Of a stretch of DNA of 45,293 bases, positions 36,463-45,293 are shown piece after piece; within the stretch, counting starts at the first letter, position 1; each line of letters starts with the position of its first letter. The translations under genes were made by a program, and so were the position numbers. Origin of the DNA: Chiloscyllium plagiosum (Eukaryota); the NCBI RefSeq assembly GCF_004010195.1, contig NC_057718.1:41097228-41142520 (forward strand), read 5' to 3'. Below the pieces are notes generated by a model. The model was given only the letters and a program-made list of their open reading frames with translations. It ran no database searches and was not told the DNA's origin.

Positions 36463-36714
36463 CACCTCCAGAAGGTAAACATTGGATAGCTGCCTTAACG
36501 AGCAGGTTTGGTATTCTGCATTCTACTGACACAATGCTGGGAAATACATCCCAGCAGAGGGTTTCTTCGTTTAGACTGTTCACCTTCTGTATCATCAGAT
36601 TGGTGGAAGGGAAGAGGGAAGCTGTCTCCACCTCAGATTTGCTGAACGTTTGATGGATCTGGTCTGTAAATCCAGGCTTGCTTTCTTTTAAAAGAAAATC
36701 ATCTTTTGGTACCA
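36463..36714 (-). other. Candidate 252-bp phase-1/phase-1 exon (unidentified)
   Basis: Acceptor atttttcctactcttcctaccaaaAG, donor G|GTGAGT, one open frame (VPKDDFLLKESKPG...AAIQCLPSGG). No recognisable homology and no clean partner exons. Confidence 0.25.
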
Positions 36715-37455
36715 CTTTTGGTAGGAAGAGTAGGAAAAATGCGTATTTTCCACTAATATTACATCTTTGTTTATGTGTGCCTCCTAGTTTTCCCACAAAT
36801 AGATAGCAACAAAATAGTCAGAATTCCTGACATCTCTCAACATAATCACCTCTGGTTTTAGACAATTATAGTTTGCATCAACAAGATTTGTACTACATTT
36901 TGAATGGAGTCAAAATGGTGCATAGCTCTCAGGATATTCTGCCCCTTAAATGTTTGCATGTACTTTTATCGAGAGCTTCAGCGTTTTGCTTGAAGTCACT
37001 GCTTTGGTGCATTCTGAAGATAACTTTACAACTCCTGACTTTTGGCTTGGGGCTGTGTCCACTTGGAGCAATTTGTCAAAGTTCAGGCACACTGCCCACG
37101 ATTTTACACCAATTAAAATACATGGTTGTAAAATGGTAGGGATTGCACATCTGAATTTCAGATTTTCACTCCCAAGTGGGTGTAGCAGTCTGCTGGAAGC
37201 CTACATTCACAAGTGACCCTGTCTGTGTACACTACTGATAAATAATGTTGTTCTGTGAAAGCACAGCCAAAGACACCAGATGCTGTATTTTGGCAAAAGA
37301 ACAAATTTTATGGCAGATTTTATTTCCCGCATGCTTTGTTTCTTTTTTCTGTTTTATTTATATTTGAACAAGGATTTAAATTTTCCCTCTGTAGCATTTG
37401 GAATTTTGCAAATGAGCAAATGTGCAAACAGTAAACTGAGTTTTTCTCAATGAGG

Positions 37456-37473
37456 GTGTGTTTGTGTGTGTGT
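37456..37473. repeat. Imperfect (TG)n microsatellite
   Basis: gtgtgtttgtgtgtgtgt. Confidence 0.5.
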
Positions 37474-40400
37474 AGGGTTTGGGAATGTTAGGATGAGGGT
37501 GGTTATTGTATGTACATGTACAGGCATCAAAACTAATATGAGATTGCAACTAACAATAGACTTGTTCCAAATGTCTTCCAGTTCTCTTTATCATAATCCC
37601 ATATTTTGCTAATTTCAAGATTGCCTATCAGCTTTTCAGAATATTCATACTTTGTTGTTTTTGGTATATTTTGTTCAGAATGCATTGGCTTTTACAAGTT
37701 CACGTTTAACATTAGAAAGTTTACAACCTCTGAGACTCGGCTTACAGTATGATGGGACCACTGGGGCTTCTTCCAAGCATCTACTTAGTGGATCAGATTA
37801 TACTAAAATTCCTTTTCTCTAATTTCACATTTGTAACTCTCTTTGGACCTTATCTTTCTCCCTCCCTTTCAGCTTTAATCACTTCCTTCTTTCATCTTCA
37901 TTCTTCTGTTCGCTCCATTTCGATTAACAGTTGACAGCAATTCCCTGTGATCCAATAGACTTGAAACTAATGTCCCACTGGAACTCTTTTCTCTCTTTGA
38001 AATCAAACACTTTACTGATGTAATACTTTATAATATTTCATTTAAAATTTGCAACTGATTTATAACTATGTACACGACTTCAAACTGCATGATGATTTTT
38101 TTTTTCATGAAGAAAGCAACTCTTTGCAATGATAGCCCTGTATTACTCCTGGAACTTCAGATTACATTTTCAACTACTGACGCCTCTGAAGGTTCTCATC
38201 ACCAAAGACAGGCAGGAATTTGGGAACTACCAAAAATATTGCTCATCAAAGGCCTGACATTACCCCAATTTCCCAATGATTTGATTTGGTGGAGGTATAT
38301 TAAGGTGATGAATGGCATGCACTGTATTCTCATCATGTTCCCTCATCCCTATCTTAATTTGCTTCAATTCAAGCATAAGGCTGCTTGAGGACACCAGTGG
38401 GGGTCTTGTTTAAATGAGCAAGTTGCATTCTTTGCATTCTTCCAATTGTCACCTCCTTCATCCCTGTAATCCCCAATTCCTGCCACAATTACTTCGCACA
38501 ATGAAACCACAAAGTGAAACAGAATGACACTTTTTCTTTTACTTTGGCTGTTGAATGCAAACTATACACAACCTGTGCCAAACTGCAAAGTCTTTCATCA
38601 CTCAGATACGAAAATGGGACAGAATTCTGCCGTTGCTGCTGCTGGATCAAAATGCCAGAATTAGTATTTCTAACAAAATTACAGGAGACAAATTTGTTGT
38701 TCCAGAAGGCAGGCCAATCTCAATTAAAGATGTCCACGTTAATAATCATTACTTAGAATGTGAACAAAATTGCAATTGATAATCTCAAAAAAAATCATAA
38801 TTTTTAAGAAAAATTGAATTGGCCTGTAATTTTCCTGTTGGGAATGTAACTCTTAGACTTTGCATTTTAAGGGTTAAACTTTATCAAGGAATTAGGGTCC
38901 TGGGTGTTACAAATGGAAAAAAAAATCATTTTTGACTCAACCAAATGTTGTTGAACTATGGAAACAGACTTGGTTGGCTATGTGCTGTCTTCTCAATTCA
39001 TGTTTCAAATATTTTTAAAGTATAACTAGGAATGGTAGTTGCTAATGACAAGCAAATTAATGTGGCATCTTCAATAAATGTCTCCCTGAGCTGACTGTGT
39101 TATAACATTAAATGAAACACTTCTGCATTATTTTTATTTACCTTTCCATGTGAAAAGGGATTTTGCACCTTGACAGTGTTTGCACTGCTTAATTAAAACC
39201 ATGCTAGATTATTTCATGGTATATGTTATAATTAGGATAATGAGATCCATATTCCTTTTGGAAAAAACAGAGCTAGAATTGAGAAGATTCATTGGCAATA
39301 AGCTCTATCAATTCAAATATGCAACAGATAAATTTTATTTGAATTAAAATAGACCAAAAATTACCTTGTTATCTTAGTTTGTTTTGTACTCATTTCCACT
39401 TATCTTTCCTCTCAAGACAGAAGCTCTATGGTATAGATTGCAGTTTACTGGGATGCAAACCTTTCTTCCTGGAACTGGTGGAAGACAGCCCAAAGTCATG
39501 TGCTCATGTTATTATGGTTCTGATTCACTCAGATGTCTGTTGAATGTAAATGTCTTTTTAAAAAATATATAAACAGAATTCACTGCTAAACCTAAAAAGC
39601 AAAGACAATTCCTCAACTTTTCAAAATGCATAATCTTTGAATTGTAAAGATGTCCTGTTGTTTTCTGCTTATGTCAAAAGCTGCTGTTCAGCTTCCAAAA
39701 CTTTTTTGGCTGCTCATTTCTTTTTTCTTTTTGTAAATATGGATTCATGCAGCTGGTGGTGTTTGTAAGGGCACGTTGGGTGTTTTGGTTCCTAAATGTG
39801 CTCTCAAACCTTTGAAAGGGGAAAATTTCATGGTTGACTGATGTGACTTAACCTCTATAAATACCACGCCACCACAAATAACATCAGATTTTGTGATACA
39901 TGACCTGCAAAGGAAAATTGTCTTTGGATATTAACTCATTATAATTCTAGATATAAGCTTAATAAAAGCATACTTAATCAGCCTTACGACAATGACAGCA
40001 ATGTTAAATCAGGGATAGTACAAACATTATGATGATTATCATGTGAGTTTTTAATATGCTTCTACCATTATATTACATGCAATATTTGTAGCCATAGGCT
40101 GGGATGTGGATGTTTCAATCTGCAGCAGTTTCTTTTTTTTAACCCTTTATGTGCCAAAAGTCTTTTATATGCGATACAGCCTCTACTAAAAGCTAGCTAA
40201 GAACAGTTGAAACAATATTTGACCTGACTAGAAAGTGCCATATTTATGCTTCTTGAATCCCCCTAGTCTCTCAGATGTCATTGTTTGCAAACATAACTAG
40301 AGCTACTGACCTGTTGATGTAGACTTAAAGAAGTACCTTTCAAATCAATTCTAGGTACAACTGTAAAATTCCCAGAAGGTCCATCGGATTGTTTTCAGTT

Positions 40401-41214
40401 GCTTTTCATGCTACACTGGAGTTTTGTCCTCTCCAGTATCAAATGGAATTAATGTTATGCAGCATTGCTTCTTTTTGGAGTTAGGTCGGGTCTAAACTCC
40501 TCTTTGGAAATGCACTACATTGGATTAACAACTGAAGAAATGATTTTGCGACATTTTAAAACGTTCTCTACTCTTACTTTTTTAAATTCGGTGCTTTTCC
40601 ATTCCAGTCTTGAAGGACGTGATTCTTGAAACTGACCATGGCACTTGAGTACATCACTCATGTGACTATTTCTCAGGCATTAAAGTTGGATAGTGGTTAC
40701 TGGCATTCCAGCATCCTGAAGATGTAAATTTTCCAAGAATGAATTCCACACTGGTGATTAGGGGTCAAAACCCATGTGGATTTTCTACACCTCTTTGTAA
40801 CGCAGTGCAGCAAGCCCAGTTATAGTTTCCAAACAGACAGGAACTAATTTGGACAGGGGACCATCCAGTTTGAATAGTTTATATTTTAGACCAATATTTT
40901 GTTTTTAGCTATATTTATGAACTTTTCTGCATGTTTCTTATGGGTGTTTGTTTCCTTAGATTTCAATGGATAATTTCTTCTTTGATAAAGATATTACATA
41001 AGCGTCAGTTATTGTCTTTAAGCATGGTGATATTGGCTCAGCATTTATTGTAGAAATAATCATCAGGTTAGCGGTGCACACAATAACATGTGTGTGAACT
41101 GGACAGCAAGATCTGGAAACCACATGTGCACAGTTAAAATTAAGGATCTAGAAACTGTTATTCCACATTTTCTGTGGATCCAGCAGTTTTACAGAAGCAA
41201 CATCCAGCTAACTG

Positions 41215-41256
41215 ACTCAGCATTCAAATACTCAGCATTCAAATACTCAGCATTCA
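41215..41256. repeat. 15-bp tandem repeat x2.8
   Basis: actcagcattcaaat actcagcattcaaat actcagcattca. Confidence 0.85.
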
Positions 41257-41899
41257 TTAATAGTATAAATGGTCCTGAACTTATCTCATAAATGGGCTCA
41301 ACTCAGCAGATAAAAAAATAAGGATTCTCTGCAATCCAAAAAATGCAATTACAGTGTCTTATTCTTTCAGATTTTAATTATTGTTAGAATTTTAAAAATA
41401 ATTTAGTTCTTTTTAAGTCTATTCTTATTTCCAGGTTTAGACGCTGTGCTGTGAATTAACAGCTTTTAATCTAGCCAGTGGAGGACATGTATCATTATTT
41501 GCCACATCCTCACTATAGACACTTCTGCACTTTTGGGTTCTCCAATTTCTAGCAACTCACAGTTCAAAAGCCCATGGGATGTATGGGGTCAAGGGCAGGT
41601 TGCTCACTGCTCACTATCAATTCTGGTCAATTGCATGAGAGAACCACATTTAAAAGTATGTGTAAATTTGTGCTTTGTTCCTCCTTTTGTCTATCTCTCT
41701 CTTTCCTTTCTTTTTCCCTGACTAATTTTAATCTCACGCTTTCTTTCAAATTACACACCCTTCACTCACTGAGGACAGGCTAATGCGGATCTCCACTATG
41801 TATTGTTTGACACGTAAACACGTTTCTATTTTCTAATGACATCAAATGGGCAGTATTACTATAGATAGACTAGCATCGGTCCAACAGTTTTCTTGACAG

Positions 41900-43921
41900 A
41901 GTACCTGGAAGATGCTATCACTCACTAGTTAAACTTTGTTTTGGAAGAAGATTGGAAAAAAGCAGAGCATACTAGTGTCCAATCATCTTGGCTATTCCTG
42001 CCATTAGATAAAGACCCTACTCCATCAGGATTGTTTGGTAGTTGGTATGCAACAGCCATCCCAAGTTCCCAGATTCCATCTCCTTTAAAATGAAGTTTGG
42101 CACCTAGAACAGCAGAACCCTCATGGCCAATCCCAAATTTGACAGACCTGAATATCACACTGCTATCATCGTCTCGGAACTCTGGCACTATAACAGTGAC
42201 AGAAATTGCGCACCAAAGTCATCAGTGTGTACATTTCATCTTTAAAAACAATGGATGAGTTGAAAGAGGAATTCTATTCTAGCTTTGACCAGTCATTGTT
42301 CTGAATCCCAAAGGGAGACAAGCTGATTCTCCTTGGTAGCTTTAATGTCGGAGTTGGGACTGACCCAAATGTGTCTGTCTTCAAGAAAAGAGAACACCAA
42401 TTGTGATGGCTACATCAGAGTATTCCCTGCTGCTCCAACACAAGAGTCCTCCTCAGTCATTGCTCCCAGTGGCTGAGAGCTCCTCCCGAGAATCACAATC
42501 CATCAAGAGATAGAGCAAAATAATCTAAGAAAAGTTACAAGAACAACAATACTGTTTGTATATGGTCTTCTTCAACCTCACCAAGGTCTTTGACTCTGTG
42601 AAGCGGGAGCAACTATAGAGTGTTCTCTTCAAACTGGCTGCCCACAGAAATTTGACACCATTGTCTGCCTGCTGCATAATAACATGCAAGTCATGCTCCT
42701 CACCAATGGATCCACCACACACCTAAACTGTGTGCAAACTGGGGTCAAACAACGCTGTCTCACTGTGCCAATACTCTTCTTCATCACATACCACACAACA
42801 TACCATCCCATATACATGAAGGTTCCTACTGGAGTGAAGCTAAACACGTGTTGCCTCCAGTTCGGAACCAAGACACTTTCAACTTCTGTCATTGGATTGT
42901 GACATGTAGATGACATTTGTGTGTGCACACACTCAGAGGCTAAGCTCCATGCATTCACAGACAATGACTCTTGGGCTGAATAACTTCAGGACACAATTCT
43001 CTTCCACTCTGATTCCACCACACAACACAGTCCTCTATCTATAAAGATTGATGGTGAACCACTGGGCAATGCGGATCGGTTCTCATACCTTGGGTGCCTC
43101 TTTCATTTAGGTAGACATTGATGATGGAATTCAACATGGCTTCCTGTAGACTAGCACAGACTCAGGCCATCTGAGGAACATATTGACTGAAGACAATGAC
43201 CTACAGGATCACGATTTTACTTGCCTTTCTGTATGTATTGGAAATATTGACAATGCAAGGTGGAGATCTCAAACTCTTTTGAGAAATATCATCACCGGCA
43301 ATGCCACTGCAAAATTCTGCAAATCCAGTGGTAGGCTGGTTCTCCAATATCAATGTCATCTTTCAGGTCAGCATTCTGAGCATCAAGGCACTGGTCAATC
43401 AGAGGCACATTTGTGACATGCCTGACACAAACTTCCAAAATGAACTCTGTACTCTGAGCTCTATCATAGCAAGCAGTTATTAGGAGAACAGAGAAAATGC
43501 TGTAAGGACATCCTCAAAGCCATGCTGAAAAAATTCAAATATCACCACTGACACATTGTCCAAGATAGTGTAAACTGGAGATGAAGCTTATGACCTCTCT
43601 CATTAATATAGGTGCCATATGGTAGGGTGACCTATAACACTTTTCATTGTATTTTTCTTGTAAAAGTACACATACCAATAAATTCTAAAGTATCCGCAAA
43701 GATGTCATCCCTCTTACACATCTCCAACAGGTGGAGGCCAGGCACAAACAAAAGGGAGAATACAAAACCCAAGTACCCCATCCATTCTGCTGACAGTACA
43801 TCCCACCTGCAGCAAGGTGTGTGGTTCCAGTACTGGACTAATTTGACACCCCAGGACTCACAACATTACAGGAGAAGAAAATTCATCCTTAGTCTCAAGG
43901 AACTGCCTAAGACGTAGAAGA
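41900..43921 (+). mobile_element. Decayed RTE-clade LINE (EN and RT remnants, both ends present, large internal deletions)
   Basis: ATG 42090 MKFGT*NSRTLM; IPKGDKLILLGSFNVGVG (GDFN motif); LYMVFFNLTKVFDSVKRE; GCPQKF; TGVKQRC; HVDD (YADD); FSYLG; 3' end ...aaggaactgcctaagacgtagaaga. 5' boundary is approximate. Confidence 0.85.
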
Positions 43922-44914
43922 TACTGTGCTCCTTTGTTATTCCCAATAAAGAGGAGTTTCTTTCCTGATGACATTGACTGAACATCAATTCAACATTTTT
44001 TTGTGAGAGCGCCCCGAGGAGATACCATCACAAACTAATTCAATTATGATTGAAGTGAAGTTCAACGGGTTTTTAACCTTGTAAAACAGGAGTGAGAGTT
44101 TAAGCTAGGACTTTAACACTACTGCTTTGATTCCACATCCTGCACGGTGGTTTAATGAACAATATTGAATCTGCCCTTCAATTTCAACTTTAATTTTAAT
44201 TTAAAACATGGAAATGTGCAAACGTATAAATACTTCAATTGGCCAACTTTATATTTCTAATGGTAGGAAAGAGTATGCTGTGCAATTGACTCTTTTCTAA
44301 CATTAGGAATTGCATTGGCTTCATGAAACCTATGAGCAGAGATTTCATGTCCATTTAAGCATACACCAACAGAGTCGTGCTTTCCACAGACAGGAAGTGA
44401 TGCCCATTGATGGTTTAACTCATTGTTGAGTCTTACATTGAGCTAAGAATGTTACCATATCAAACCAATAGTTGTAATATAATGACAACATAAAGCACTG
44501 TAAAAGTGATTTTAAAAATAGCAGATATTCTTGAACACTTTCAAATAAAACTTTTAACTTTAATTCTGACAATCGTTCTTGCGTAACTCAAGTGGAGTAT
44601 AAATAAAATGCACAAATTTTATATCCACTTTTCTTGCACATGTCTGCGGACGAATAGGATTTAATGTTTGTGTTTTGCATAGATAGGATTTGACAGAGTG
44701 TATGTTTCATCTCTGTTTGAAATTTCCAATTTCTGGATGAATCCAAAGGCAGATTCACTCATTTCCTTTGGTTAGAAGATGATATGTTTTTATGATGAGC
44801 GTTACTTTTGAGATTGTATCTGCTATCCCTTTTGAAGGCTGTTACGTTTCTGATGGAGGAAACAGTGATCTTGAAACATTTAGTACCGCACATGGAAAAG
44901 TTTAATGGGCCATG

Positions 44915-45000
44915 ACAAGAACGTAGAAATGGGAGCAGAAATAAGCCATAAAATTGCTTAAGCCTGCACTGTCAATCAATAAGAAGAGGACTGACCTGTT
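44915..45000 (-). mobile_element. Degenerate CR1 3' end
   Basis: aagaacgtagaaatgggagcagaaataagccat...agcctgcactgtcaatcaataag resembles 34256-34330. Confidence 0.45.
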
Positions 45001-45081
45001 TTCTTACTTCTCCTTTCACAACCTATCTCATTCTTATTGCCCTTCATGCTATTAATCTTAGTTGTTGGGTATATTCAGTCA

Positions 45082-45293
45082 GAGGAGAAAGTGAGGACTG
45101 CAGATGCTGGAGATCAGAGCTGAAAATGTGTTGCTGGAAAAGCGCAGCAGGTCAGGCAGCATCCAAAGAACAGGAGAATCGACGTTTCAGGCATAAGCCC
45201 TTCTTCAGGAATGAGGAAAGTGTGTCCAGCAGGCTAAGATAAAAGGTAGGGAGGAGGGATTTGGGGGAGGGGCATTGGAATTGCGATAGGTGG
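45082..45293 (-). mobile_element. Young PLE family A 3' end (cut by window end)
   Basis: Nearly identical to the 22801 arm and continues into a purine-rich UTR. The minus strand reads cattcCTGAAGAagggcttatgcctGAAAcgtc. Confidence 0.9.

Noticed and set aside
36850..37220. Possible upstream partner exon for 36463-36714
   Set aside because: The longest minus-strand frame stops before the candidate donor, and the acceptor is weak.

Overview
AT-rich eukaryotic DNA, almost certainly from a cartilaginous fish: it carries HE1-type SINEs, CR1 LINEs and Penelope-type termini of the kind I associate with carpet/bamboo sharks (recognition only, not database-checked). I find no convincing intact protein-coding gene; nearly all ORF-track entries are chance ORFs or read through repeats. 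The window holds decayed CR1 and RTE LINE fragments, three tRNA-derived SINE families, a probable solo LTR, an old local tandem duplication and about 15 short Penelope-like (PLE) terminal fragments from at least three families (A, B, C). The most striking signal is that these PLE fragments carry minimal hammerhead-ribozyme motifs (CUGAnGA-A-stem II-GAA-palindromic ACGU/AGCU-H). Many are fold-back insertions, several with 13-15 bp target-site duplications, and their inversion or truncation points cluster at the ribozyme core. The best example is a young palindrome with 95-bp arms at 22801-22991 that encodes a hammerhead core on both strands. A few strong splice-signal sets hint at spliced transcripts, possibly non-coding.
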